Under the pieces are notes generated by a model that searched no databases, was not told where the DNA came from, and saw nothing but the letters and a program-made list of their open reading frames with translations. Made by a program: the position numbers and the translations under genes. Shown here piece after piece: positions 33,870 to 46,280 of a stretch of DNA of 64,000 nucleotides (the stretch's first letter is position 1; the number at the start of each line of letters is the position of its first letter). Source of the DNA: Minutocellus sp. GHC0000111 (Eukaryota). The stretch spans positions 620,001 through 684,000 of the forward strand of contig OZ361258.1 in the NCBI GenBank assembly GCA_977018835.1. The letters run 5' to 3'.

Positions 33870-36800
33870 ATGAGGCTCTCCAGCAATGCCGCCCTCGTCC
33901 TGTTGGCCATGCTGTGCAGCCTCGGCCAAATCTCGGGCCAGGGCTGCGCTTCCACTTGCCCGCCTTTGGACGATATAGGAAAGGCCATCCCCTCGTTGTG
34001 CGTGAATTCCACGGTCCCGGCATCGTATCTCCAAAAGTCCTATGACATCTGCCACCCCCTCCCTGCTCAAGTGCCGTCCACCCCAACAAGCTTCACGTTG
34101 GACGACCTCACGGCGGACGAAGACACAGTAATCGTCATGGCCAATCACTACATCGGCTGCAATGCAGGTAGACGAGAGTCTGGTGTTTTCGCTCACGTAG
34201 CCCAGCGTTATCACGACATGTACAATACCGATACAAACCAGAAGAAAAGAATTGTCTTTGTCACCTCTTTGAAGGGCGGGAGTGCTTGTGAGCGTTGGGC
34301 TGACATTTACCAGAGCGATGCGGTGCGGCTATTCCCGGATTCGACCGTCAAGCCAGCCGAAATGCCCTGGACCGTATCAGACACCAACTATGTGATGCGC
34401 GACGACTTCTTTACGACTCCGTTTGGTCATCCCTCCTACGTCATCTTGGCGCCTGCAAGGCTGGGCGGTGGTGATGCTGATGCTTCCAATACGGGTATGA
34501 TGGGCAACCAAGGTCTCTTCAACCCCATGGGAGAGCAGCAGACGAGCGGCGGCGGAGGCATGGTAGTGAGAAACAAATTCGTTGGCCCATGCTGTGGATT
34601 TATCCGATATTCGGATTGTCAGCCCGAGACGGCAAGAGAGCTTGATGGTATGCTTAGCACTGCAATCGATGCCATCATGCAGGAGATGGAGGAGCAAGCC
34701 ACGTCAACGGCACCTGAAACTGAGACTATGACCCAGCCTGAGCCTGAGCCTGAGCCCGAGGCTGAGCCCGAGGCTGAGACACCCACTCCTCCTACTACCA
34801 CCGAAGAGGGATGCATCGTTGGAGAGTATTCCGAATGGTCACCATGCAGCATCGACTGTGGACCGACCGATGGTACGCAGTTCCGCTGGCGCACAGTAGT
34901 AGACAACCGACCAGCTCTTGCCACCGAGGCCACAGTCACCGACGAGGGTGAGGCCATCGTGGGTCCAGAACTTGTGCAGAGGGAATCCTGCCCATCGCCC
35001 GTGGAGGTACGGACGTGCCGTCCCACCGGAGAAGAGGGAGGGGATAACATCCTCCTCCCATCGAGCGTCGATGCTGGTGCTTTGGATGCTGCCCGTTCCT
35101 CGTTGTGCCTTCCCGTGTGCATCCCAGAATTCAATGGTGCCGAGGTTGTGGAGGTTGCGACCGGTTTCGACAGTCCGCGGGACGTTGCGTTCCATCCAAC
35201 CCCCGGCCTCCATCTTGGGGAACGATCAGAGGGGAGGAAATTCAACCCGAATGTCGGTGAAGAAGCATGGGTGGCCAACGGTGCCAACCATAGTGTCAGT
35301 ATCGTTGCTGCGCTTGGTACAGAATTTCAGACTGATTTCAGCCGGAGAGACAGAGGATTTTACCACTATATGATTAACGTCACGGCTCTTTCCTTCAACA
35401 TGGTCTCGAACTCTGGTCGAGATGCTCAAAAGGATGCCTTTGAATACTTTGCGGTCTGCAATGACAACAACAACGACTACATGAAGTCCAAGGAGGTGAG
35501 ATATTCCACGGAGGATGTAATTTATTCGTTTTTTTTTCTTGGCCTATTACATGCGATAGCTTCTCACACTGTTTGCACAATACATATACACCCTATCTCT
35601 TTCTGATTCCATCCTCTCTACAAGGCGAACTTCTTCATGGGGCCAACTCTCTATGATACCGACCCTGATCCCGCCAAGCGCAACCTTGTCAATAGATTAG
35701 GTGAACCCTGTGACTCGGCCGCGGAGCCTTGCTACTTCCTTCACGCCGACATGTTGCACGAATCCCCATCCTGCATTGGCATTGCACATGACCCTGAAGT
35801 AGAGACGGCGTACGGAACTGTATACTGGGCTTTTGACAGCACAGGTGATCGAAAGGAAGGCCAGCTGGTCCGTTTTGATTTCCAGCAACCTCACGGTCCT
35901 GGGTCGATGGATCACTCCGTAGCCGCCATCCGACGATACCCCGAGGTCAAGCTTCATAAGGGAGATGATGGGGTCCATGCCGGCATGGTTGTTCATCCCA
36001 CCCGCCGGGAGATTTACATTGCCAACCCGGGAGATGGGACAATCCTTGTGGTTGACGCCGATAGCGGCACGTACGCCCGCACCGCGAGAGAGGAATATCC
36101 CGTTTTCTCGAATAGGTTGCCGTCATTTGAGTACAGTATTTGGGAATGCGTCGACCAGCGCGTTTTCGCCAAGAATCTCGATGTTCCTACTGGACTGGCC
36201 CTTTCTCCCGATGGCACTCGGCTCTTCGTGGCCGAACGTGGAACTGGAAAAATCCATGCTTTCGATGTCGAGTCAGGTGCCATGGTAGGAGGTATCGAGA
36301 CTGGATACAAAACTATCAACGGAATGTCCTTTTCTCCAAAGACGAAGACCCTCCACTTCGTTGATGACGACACGAATTCATTGCTGTCCGTCAAGCCTTC
36401 AACAGCCTGCTCCACTGAGTATGCTAGCCGATTGACTCAAAGCTACCAAGAGGCTGTAGCTACTGCTATCGCAGCTCTCGGCGATGACTTTTCTGTCACC
36501 ACCAACTACACATGCAGTGCCAATCAGATCTCGCCAAACTCCACCCTCTTCGAACAGGTCCATGTTGGTACTGGCTACGCGAGCGATGATCCTAACGTTC
36601 AAGCTATGGCTGGCATGGATGCAGCCGCCGCCCTTTTGGCCAACCGCACCGATTGTGAGCCAGAGAGCGACCTGAACTTTGACGCTCTCCTTCTTGGCGG
36701 TTACTACTGTCACCAGTGCCTACCAATGAATAATGGCGCAATGTGCGACGCCGGCGGTGTCTGTAGGAACGTCCAGTGGCTCGGATACGTCTGTGACAAT

Positions 36801-37340
36801 GAGTTCATTGTGAACGTTGAACCAGTCACCGGCGACATTACTCTCTTCGAGCCTGACGGCACTGATCCCATAGCGCTGGAAGACATTGAGCTGAAGTATG
36901 GTGTCACCTATCGCTTTACCATCAAGGACGATACAAGCATGGTTTCCGTTCATGCCAGCGACGATGTCGGCGCTCCGGCAATCCCCCTTCCGGGCAATGA
37001 GTGCGGATGCGCTCAAAATGGTCCGTTGCTTCTCACCATTGACGATGAAACACCTGGACCTGTCTATCTCAGGAGCAAGGTGTACCTCCGCTCTAATGCC
37101 GGAGGCGCTTCCTCCGTCGTTGGTCTTGCCGTTTAACAACATTCGGTCCCCGAGCTTGAGATGGAAATGAAGGATACTACAAGCCTTGCCGATAAAGTCA
37201 GTGATGATAAGGACAACGGAGGTGATGGCATGATGATGGCTGGCGATGATGCCTCCTCCGCCGCTGGCCTTCTGAATTTATCAAAGGTTGCGGCCATGGT
37301 GGCATCCATTGCTCTCACATGTTTGTTCTCTTCTTATTAG
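33870..37340 (+). CDS. Secreted/surface protein: redoxin-like region, TSP1 repeat, beta-propeller, GPI-like tail; 2 exons; internal TAA at 37134-37136
   Basis: Signal peptide MRLSSNAALVLLAMLCSLGQISG; TSP1-like CIVGEYSEWSPCSIDCG..QFRWR; propeller blades PRDVAFHP and PTGLALSPDGTRLFVAE. Intron 35496-35624 joins KSKE-ANFFMGP. Confidence 0.8.
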
Positions 37341-37943
37341 ATCTAGCTGGAAGTCTTTAGTTTTGTCAAATAAAAGTAGATTTAGATGTAATAGCGCGCA
37401 AAGTGCTACGGTACGTTTGTGCCGGAAGAACTACGTAGCTAGATCCAGCTACCTAGATCTAGCTAGCTAGAGTCTCTAGGAATGGTCTACATTTGTATTC
37501 CTTCCTTCACCACATGCCAAAGCCCCCAAACAGAGCGGTCAAATCTCGAACGGCGGTTGCCAGCCATGGCGTGGCTGGAGGCAAGGCTGCGAACCTTCAG
37601 TGCGAACCATGGTCTTCGCACGAAATCCATGTAAAAATACTAACGATGGCAACATCTACTAACTAGATCTAGATACCACATACTACATGTATGAGCAATA
37701 TGTACTGTTACATGTAGACTAAGAATGAAATGTACATAAAATAGTACAATACGTAGTTAGACATTCTCAACTCCACCAACCACCACACCACCACCAGCAG
37801 GTCTACCCGTAGTAGATCTACCCGTGCTTGCTCCTACAATGTACCGCTGACCTTTGTGCAATAAATCCATCCTAAAGCATCATTTATTACTTCCACATTA
37901 GTGCCATGTAGGTAGATTCTATTAATCTTACCAGCTGGTGCAG

Positions 37944-39821
37944 CTAGGCCCTCCACAAAGTCTTGCTGGCAGCTTCAATCTGCTGCTGGCGCTTCTTCTT
38001 TGCGTCTTCGATCATTTTCTTCCTAGCAGCTTCGACGAGTTCCTCTACAGTGCAGTTCTTCTCAGCGGCGTCCATCTCCATCTTGCGCCTTCTCTCAGCG
38101 GCTTCCATCTCCATCTTGCGCTTTCTCTCAGCGGCGTCCATCTCCATCTTGCGCTTTCTCTCAGCGGCGTCCATCTCCATCTTCCGCTTTCTCTCAGCGG
38201 CTGCCTCCTCCCGCTTTCGCTTTTCCTCCTCCTCAAAATGGGCAGCCCATTTGACCAATTCTGCCTCCTTCGCCTTCTTCTTTTCACATATCAAATTGTC
38301 CAAATGATACCTCAACGAATCAATGTGAGAAAAGGACCTACCGCAAAGGCGACACGAAGGCTTTGGTTTGGACGAACACGATGCAACTGACCGGGATTTG
38401 AGTTTGGACAAGGATCCGGCGGCTTCTTCCTCCGTCTTTCGCTTCTTCTCGGCGGCCTCTGCCCTCTTAGCATTTGGTTCCACTTTGACTACAGGAAGGG
38501 GCTTGTTGCATTGATTGGTAACCCCAACTAGAACGACATCCATGTCGTCGTCATCATCTTCCTCTCCGGGCATAAGAGGAGCATCGCCATCGTGAAATTT
38601 TACATGGTCGTACAGATCCTCAACACACATGGGCCCCCCACCTCTGATTCGTCGGACTTCATCCTCCTCCTCCTCCTCTGGCTGCTCTGGCTGCTGCTCC
38701 TGCTCAGCTTGAGGACCGGCGGGCAGCTGCTGCTGCTGCGGCTGTTGGGCGGCCGGCACCTCCCACTGATCAACCCTGCAATTTGGGGAATCCAGGCCCT
38801 TCTGGCCTAATAGATGTTTATACGCATCACTGCCAATCTTCAGACCACTTGCCCAGAAACACCCGAACGTGTAGACTCCTGGAGTAATACGAAGCCTGCC
38901 ATGCACTTTCCCATTCGCCAAACGGACGGCAGCTTCGTCGATGTACGGACAGGCCGGGCTGACTCCCATCAACACTGCACCCGTCAATACCGTAGGGCAG
39001 AATGACACGACATACCGAGTCCTGTCAACACGACGCCGACGCCGGCGTCGAGTTGCAACCGCTGCTCGCACAACTCCATCAGCAGCTTCACCATTCGCGG
39101 CGGTCCCTGCACCTCCATCGGCGGCCACATCGTCGTTACTAGGAGCGGCTGCGGCAGTCGGATCCCTCTCCTCATCATAGCGATGGGTAATAACAAATTG
39201 GCCGAGGTTCGGAATGCCCTCCGGTGACCTCTGGCGATACCATGGGGCATATTCCTGTCTACCGTAGACTGTTTTTGTTCGATACTGATGTCGCTTGGTG
39301 AAGTACTCAGGGCCAAAACCAGGCATGTCATCCAGCAGATCCGTCTGTCCCAATACCTCCATAAACAGACACTTTGCATCAACCCAAAGCTCGACTTTGA
39401 TATACTCATTCATGGGAAAGTCATCTCCGAATTCCTCTGGTAGGCCCATAATCGTATCAACATCGCGTAGGTCAACGGTTAATTCGGACATGTCCGGCCG
39501 CTTTACAGTTTTGATGAGCACATTCATCGGATCATGCTCGGCACCAGGAGAGGGGAGATTCGGATACAAAAGACGGTCGGGATTCTTCTTGACCCCACTC
39601 CCGGTCTGACCGCCCTCCCTGCGCTCGGGGTCCTTTGTCCGGCGATGATGTTGTCTTGTGTTTTCGGGAGGCGCCTTCATGTACTTCTCACGAGACCTCT
39701 TGCGAAAGACAAGCCACATCGGTGAAAGGACGCGATAGTACGGGTCGTGACGGCCTGCGCGCTCCCATTCCTCCGACGTCATCATTCTTCGCTCTGTCGA
39801 CCAAACTGAAGGAAATGCCAT
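37944..39821 (-). CDS. Uncharacterised protein with a C2H2/C2HC-like zinc finger and coiled-coil tandem repeats
   Basis: 625-aa ORF with CRLCGRSFSHIDSLRYHLDNLIC and AAERKRKMEMD repeats. Confidence 0.65.
   Translation of the reverse strand: MAFPSVWSTERRMMTSEEWERAGRHDPYYRVLSPMWLVFRKRSREKYMKAPPENTRQHHRRTKDPERREGGQTGSGVKKNPDRLLYPNLPSPGAEHDPMNVLIKTVKRPDMSELTVDLRDVDTIMGLPEEFGDDFPMNEYIKVELWVDAKCLFMEVLGQTDLLDDMPGFGPEYFTKRHQYRTKTVYGRQEYAPWYRQRSPEGIPNLGQFVITHRYDEERDPTAAAAPSNDDVAADGGAGTAANGEAADGVVRAAVATRRRRRRRVDRTRYVVSFCPTVLTGAVLMGVSPACPYIDEAAVRLANGKVHGRLRITPGVYTFGCFWASGLKIGSDAYKHLLGQKGLDSPNCRVDQWEVPAAQQPQQQQLPAGPQAEQEQQPEQPEEEEEDEVRRIRGGGPMCVEDLYDHVKFHDGDAPLMPGEEDDDDDMDVVLVGVTNQCNKPLPVVKVEPNAKRAEAAEKKRKTEEEAAGSLSKLKSRSVASCSSKPKPSCRLCGRSFSHIDSLRYHLDNLICEKKKAKEAELVKWAAHFEEEEKRKREEAAAERKRKMEMDAAERKRKMEMDAAERKRKMEMEAAERRRKMEMDAAEKNCTVEELVEAARKKMIEDAKKKRQQQIEAASKTLWRA
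38058..38201. repeat. 33-bp coding minisatellite, about 4.3 copies
   Basis: Near-identical units ctctcagcggcgtccatctccatcttgcgcttt. Confidence 0.92.
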
Positions 39822-40428
39822 TGATGCTCTTTGGCATGACTACACCAGCAGCATGCTAATTGATCAACCAATACCAGTAGAAGTCTTGAAAAGTCTCGGT
39901 AGGGGATATCCAAATCGATGGAGGGAGATACCCAACATTCCGGAGCTTATGGAGCGGCTTCCGTGGAACCAGTGGGACGACCAGTAGCAGGAGGAATGGT
40001 GAACAGAAGTTACGAATGCAGGAAGATGGATTGGAATGCCACAACAAAAAGAGGTAGGGTCCTACGGGCATCTACATGTGCTGTAGCAGCAATGGCTTAA
40101 CTGCATGCTACATCTACTTAACATAAACAATTTCAGCAAATAATGCCCCAAGATAGATCTACTACGTAGTAGATGAGCAGAGATTGATGTGAGTGAGCGA
40201 GAGACATTGGCACAGCTAGTACCGACGACGGACAGATTGTTTTTCGCGAGACGAGAACCACCATGGCGGCATTTGCTATCGATCGACACTTTCGGGTTCG
40301 CAGCAAAAGATCCGAAGTCAGTCAAGTTCCGGAAGATTCGCTCATTCGATGCTTCAGTATTGGCCATAATTAGGACCAATAACATTACGAGACCCGATTG
40401 CTCTCCAATTGACTGTTGCGATAACGAT

Positions 40429-42804
40429 ATGCTGGTATCGACATTACAAAGGACGCCAGCTGGCTCTATGGCCCGTGTGGTCACCAAGGCAGTCACAGCT
40501 CGCTTCGCTTCAACCTCCTCGACCTCTACCACCGCCAAAAGCAAAAAGAACCCAATGCCAATGGCATAAATAATGCAGGTGCAGCCGCCCTCGGAGCGGC
40601 CCTTTTTGGAGCATCGGCCGCCACGGCAGTCACTCTCCTTGAGCAGCCCGAGTCGTCAGGCTTCGAATATCAGACGCTTCCTGTTCAAAAGTATCCGAGT
40701 CCTGAAGAGCCTCCGATCCATTGCAAGGCGAGCCATCATGCCGACTTCAACGATCCACCGTCCCGTCCTGACCTACCTACGTATTCGATCGATGACGTAG
40801 CAGAACATTGTGACGAGAGCTCTCTTTGGTATACGTTCCGTGGTGCAGTCTATGACCTGACGTTCTTCATCAATGGGCACCCTGGAGGAACACCGAGACT
40901 TCTAATGGCGGCTGGTCAAGACCTTGAGCCATACTGGGAGGTGTACAGGCAGCATCTTCGAGGCCACGTTCTCGAATGGATGGAAAAGGTAAGAATGCAT
41001 TTTTGCTGTTATTGATTTATACAAAATTATAGCCTACGCCCCGTTGGTCTCTGTTCTAACCAGTTATGCTCTACTTTTGGCGATGCTCTCCCTATCGAAA
41101 TTACTTGTAATTCAAATTGATTGCAGTATCGGGTTGGCAATCTATCGCCCGAAGACGCCAAGAAGGCCAGCAATGGACCAGCCTTTGGCGATATGTACGA
41201 GACTGATCCCCTCCGAGATCCAAATTTGTTGGGCTGCACCGAAAAGCCCTGGTGTGGCGAGTCTCGTTTGGACCTATTAACCAAAGATTATATCACGCCA
41301 AATGAGCTTTTTTACGTGCGCAACCATTTAGCTGTACCGGACATTGATCCAGCCGAGTATGTGCTTGTTGTGAAGGGCAAAGGTATCAAAAAGCACAAAT
41401 TCACTTTGGAAGATCTCAAGACGAAATTTCCCAAGCACGAAGTCACCACCACCTTGCAATGCGCAGGCAATCGTCGCGAAGATATGCATGGCGATCACAA
41501 GGTTTTCATTGCTCCTCACTGGGTCGTTGGTGCGATGAGTACAGCCAAGTGGGGTGGTGTAAAGATGCGAGATGTTTTGAAATACTGTGGTATGGATGTT
41601 GATGCCATGGCGTTGGGAGAGTCAAGGCCTGAGAACATCAAGCACTTGCAGTTTGAGGGTTATGATACTGACGAGACTGGACTAGCTTATGGAGGATCGA
41701 TCCCCATCGACAAAGCAGTGGATGGTCTAGGTGAGAAATGCATGAGGATTCTTTGAGTTTCGACTCGCTTGTTCGACATGCTGTGTTCTTACTCATGCCT
41801 AAGATGCCAGGAAGAAACGCACAGGCGTTTATTTCCATAGCCTGTTTTAAACGGAATGAGCTCTTTGAGCAATCCTCGTGCAAATTCTCTGAGTTTTCCT
41901 ATCAATATCTCGACATCCATACATGTCCCTAACGACGGATTTTCTCTGTCATCGAAACTCTCTTCTACTAGGCGATGCCATATTTGCATTCGAGATGAAC
42001 GATAAGCCCTTGCCTCGCGATCACGGATTTCCAGTACGAGCCGTCGCACCGGGACATGCTGGAGCTAGACAGTGCAAGTGGCTTCACAAGGTGATTGTGT
42101 CTGATCGGGAATCTCAAAAGTCATGGCAGCAGAAATCTTACCGAGGATTTGCTCCAGATATTACATTCGAGGGTGATTTGGCTCACTGGCCGCCTCCTCG
42201 CCTGGATCAGGCTCCAATTGTTCAAGAGATGCCTGTCCAATCTCTCGTTTGCAATCCACCTCAGAACACTGTAATCGGTGCCAAGGATGCCACGGACTTT
42301 ACTGTCAAGGGAGTCGCCTGGAGTGGTGGTGGGCGTAAGATTGAGCGTGTCGATGTTTCGTTGGATGGCGGCAAAACATTCACCGCCGCGGAGCTGTACA
42401 AGCCAATTGAGCAGGGAAGGAATCGCCATTGGGCGTGGACTCAGTTTTCCAAGACCCTTCCTTTGCCGGAGGAAATGCAGAATAGGCTGAAGCGAGGAGA
42501 ATCGGTTCAGCTCGACATTACATCCAAGGCAATGAACAGTGACTTTAACGTCCAGCCCGAACGTATGGAACCATACTGGAATGCCAGGGGAGTGTGCATC
42601 AACCACTGGTATCATGTCAACGTTACCCTCGATCCTAATCGGGAGAAGGATGCTGTCGCTCATGACAGTTCCGAGGTTGAGTTTGCCAACACGCCCTCCA
42701 CGGGAAAATTCAACAAGCCCTGGGGACGACATGGTTGGACGACGGATCCCAAGCATCAGTCAGATCCTCGTCCCAACCCGGCACCCGAGGCCAAGCATTT
42801 TTAG
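40429..42804 (+). CDS. SUOX: Sulfite oxidase with cytochrome b5 domain, 3 exons (40429-40988, 41127-41730, 41972-42804), frameshift near 40537-40547
   Basis: b5 domain absent from the ORF track: WYTFRGAVYDLTFFINGHPGG...YWEVYRQH. Moco domain FYVRNHLAVP, TLQCAGNRR, LPRDHGFPVR, GARQCKWL. Dimerisation domain GVAWSGGGRKIERVDVSLDGGKTF. Both introns are GT-AG and in frame. Confidence 0.92.
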
Positions 42805-43421
42805 ATTTTGCACTCTAGATGCGTAGCTAGATCTACTAGAGCTAGGGATCCCTACGTGAAATTTTGAATGATTCGGGCCGACTTTTTGCCTCCCTCGCCG
42901 CCTTTTTTGTCAATCAATTTACCAGAGTACATGTTTAAATTAAAGATTATTAGAAGAAAAGGCATTGGAAATCCATTGCCTCATGATGTAGAAATGATTT
43001 ACCGGTTTGCATGGTGCGGTGCTTCGTAACGGAGGGCTGTGGACTGCTGCATTCACTCTCGATCTGACACAAACTTCTGAAATTTTATATTTTCTTCTCT
43101 TAGAGAGTGAATTCAGCCATGCGAATGCGTCGGCTCTTGGCTGAGCAAAGCAAGGTGAATGGAGAGGCAGCGTGCGTGTAGAAGCTACTAAGTAAGTCGG
43201 CCAGGCTACCGCAGCATTTATTATCCAACACCCTCGCTGTCGAGTAGCGGTATCTTGCTCTCCTCGTGTTGGTTGTAGATTTTGCGTACCGTAGTCCTTT
43301 CTTGGTCACTGCAACGCCCCTGTTTTGCCCTGCAAAAAGTCTCATTCCTCTCAAAGTCTTGCCTGTGCAGTCTTTCTCGTCTCGTCGAATCAACACGAAT
43401 CAAAGACATAGTAGACGAACC

Positions 43422-43691
43422 ATGGCCCCTCCCGGCGGACGCCACGGCGGATACAATGACATTCCCGAGAACGACGATATGGATGGTGACGATTATTCCG
43501 CCGACGGAGAAAATCCCTTTGCCGCCACGACCAGCGCTCACAGCAGCAACAATGGACGTCGCACGGGGAGCCGAAAGACCGCCGCCATACGTGCCGGAGG
43601 TGCTCTCGACGACGGCCACCTACACGCCGATGACCACGGTGCCTACGACGACGATGACGACTTATCGTATCTTTTTGGTATGGTGGATTGA
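43422..43691 (+). CDS. Short acidic ORF, possibly an orphan N-terminal gene fragment
   Basis: MAPPGGRHGGYNDIPENDDMDGDD...DDDDDLSYLFGMVD has coding-like composition but ends 47 bp before the next gene. Confidence 0.35.
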   Translation: MAPPGGRHGGYNDIPENDDMDGDDYSADGENPFAATTSAHSSNNGRRTGSRKTAAIRAGGALDDGHLHADDHGAYDDDDDLSYLFGMVD

Positions 43692-43738
43692 TTGGCAATC
43701 AATCAAATGATACGGCAGATATTGCACAGTAGGAAAGC

Positions 43739-46280
43739 ATGAAGATAAATCTATCAACCACCCTCCTCTGGTCACACGCAGTCAGCTGCGTCGATGGGTT
43801 TTCGCCGATTTTGCCCTCTTTGAGGAGGAATAACAATCATGTGTCGCTTCGCATGGCATCGGCGGCCGGTTCTCAGCATCAGGAGGTCGTCACCAGCGGT
43901 GGTGCCAAGCAGGCACCATCTGTGGATGATCCCAAGTAAGTGACGCGATATGCAAGGCAATAGCTCACGTCATTTGATGTATGCAATTGCGTGCTTTTTC
44001 TCTTCTAGCTAGACCAACATGTCATCATTGTCTGTTCGTTCTTTGCTGTCGCCATTCTCACTTCGTTCTAAATTTGACAGGAGAGTCCGCAATGTAGCCG
44101 TTATTGGTCACTCGCATAGCGGCAAGACTGCGTTGGTCGAATGGATGTTGTTTGATGAGAAGGTGATCAACAAGCGTCCCTCGGCAGGTGAATCATTCCT
44201 CGATTCGGATCCCGTTGAGGCGTCCCGCCATTCCAGCGTTTTCTCGCACTATGCGCGTGTCCCCCATCGTGACCACTGCATCGAGATTGCTGGTACTCCT
44301 TGGGCTGACTTTCCTGCTGATGCCCTGGCCTCTCTGGATGGTGCTGATTCGGCCATCATCGTGGTATCTGCCGCTGATGGAGTCCAGAGTGGCACCAAAA
44401 GCGCCTTCCAGCACTGCCAAGAAGCCGGAATCAAACCAATGATTGCTCTGAGCAAGATGGATAGGCCATTTCTTCAAATCGAGGAGGTGCTACAAGATAT
44501 CGAGACTTCCCTGGGAATCAAACCCATCTCTCTTCAAGTTCCCATCGGCCAAGGTGATGTCTTTGAAGGTGTCATGCCTCTCTTTACATTGGACCCGAAT
44601 GGTAATCTACGAAAGAATCAAGCTCAAGATGACGACCTCGAGGAAGCATGGACTCTGCTAGAAGAGGCTGTGACTGAAACGGATGATGAGCTTCTCATTG
44701 AATACCTAGAACACTCAAATCTGTCAGAGAACCAAGTTATCGACGGTTTGCGCGCCGGCGAAATTAATGGCAAGATTCTACCACTTGCTTACACATCGGC
44801 CGAACAAGATATTGGAGTCTCGGAGCTCATGGATTCCATCGTTGGCGTGTTCCCGAACCCAATCGAATGCCGCCAACAAGCCCTAGAGAAAGCGTGCGAA
44901 AACACCAAAGACAAGTGCAGCGTTGCACCAGGTGTCGAAGCTGGCTTTGCCGCTCGCGTTCTTCATACTTCGATCGACACATTCGGCTCAGTGTCTGTAC
45001 TTCGAGTCATATCCAATAGTCAAGACGAAAGCTCTGATGCGTACCACTCCCTTCCGCCAGAAGGCATCAATCTTCGTACTGGAGAAAAGTTCAAGATGCC
45101 ATCAGCATCAAATGCGTTTGCCCTTTGCGGTAAAGAACGTCTTCCTCTCGCAGACAATGCGCACGTGGTGCCTGGTGATCTTATTTGTCTACCCAAAATG
45201 CCCTCTGGAGTCCAGACCAACGATGTCATTACTGTCCCGACAGCCGCATCGGAGGAGAAATCCGAAATATCGATCGAATTATCGGCCGACATTCTCACCC
45301 CCCTAAGCAGGCCCGCCGAGGACATTCCTCTAATGGCTTCTGCTACTCTTTCACTTCCCCAAGCTACCGGCGGAGGCGGCAAGAAATCCAAGGCCAAGGG
45401 GGGCAAGGGAGGAGGAGGAAACGAAGACAAGCTGACCAGTGCCCTCGCTGCTCTTGCTCGCGAAGATCTAGCCCTCAAGGTTGAGCAGGATGCAAACTCT
45501 GGCCAGCCTCTTCTCCATGCAATGTCTGGAGATCACCTCCTTCTCGTGCAGGGCCGCCTCAAGGATCGCTATGGCCTAGAAGTGGAGCTTGGTCAACCTC
45601 CTGTTCAGTATCGCGAGACGATCGCCAAGGCCGTCTCAAACATCGAAGGCCGCCACAAAAAACAGAGTGGAGGTTCGGGTCAATTTGGCGTATGCTACAT
45701 TTCTATGGAGCCCCTCGAAGAAGGGTCCGGTATAGAATTTGAGTCGAGAATCAAAGGTGGTGCTATCTCGAAGCCATTCATCGCCTCCGTGGAGAAGGGT
45801 GTCCGCGAGCAACTCGAGGCTGGTGGACCTCTAGCCGATTACCCCGTTACGGACGTTCGAGTAATTCTTACGGATGGGAAAATGCATTCAGTAGACAGCA
45901 AGGACATCGCCTTCCAGAGTGCTGGTGCCAAGGCTGTCAAGGCCGCTCTCGAGCAAGGCAAAACAAAGCTGCTCCAGCCCATGGAGATAGTCACCTTCAC
46001 TGTTGATCAGGCTATGCAAGGCGACATCAATACCATCGTTTCTAGACAGGATGGTTATGTTACGAGCACGAACCCTTCTTCATCTGGAAGCGAATTGGAT
46101 ATCGAGGCAATCATTCCCAAATCCAATATCGCGGGTGTTTCTGACGCACTTCGTGCTGCATCGGGAGGAGAAGGACAATTCACATCGGAGTTTTCGCACT
46201 ACCAAGTCGTCTCGGATAACGATGCCAAGTTCATTATCGAGAATTCTCCCAAGAACAACGGTGGCAAATTGATGCCCTAA
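43739..46280 (+). CDS. Elongation factor G-like GTPase (divergent, EF-G2-like), probably plastid-targeted, 2 exons
   Basis: RNVAVIGHSHSGKT, SKMDR, PPVQYRETI, HKKQSGGSGQFG, DGKMHSVDSKDIAF, LLQPM. Intron 43936-44080 joins DDPK-RVRN. Presequence ends VDG-FSP. Confidence 0.9.

Noticed and set aside
39750..39990. Plus-strand open stretch (AIDALWHDY...WNQWDDQ)
   Set aside because: Short, partly overlaps the minus-strand gene, and I cannot assign any homology.
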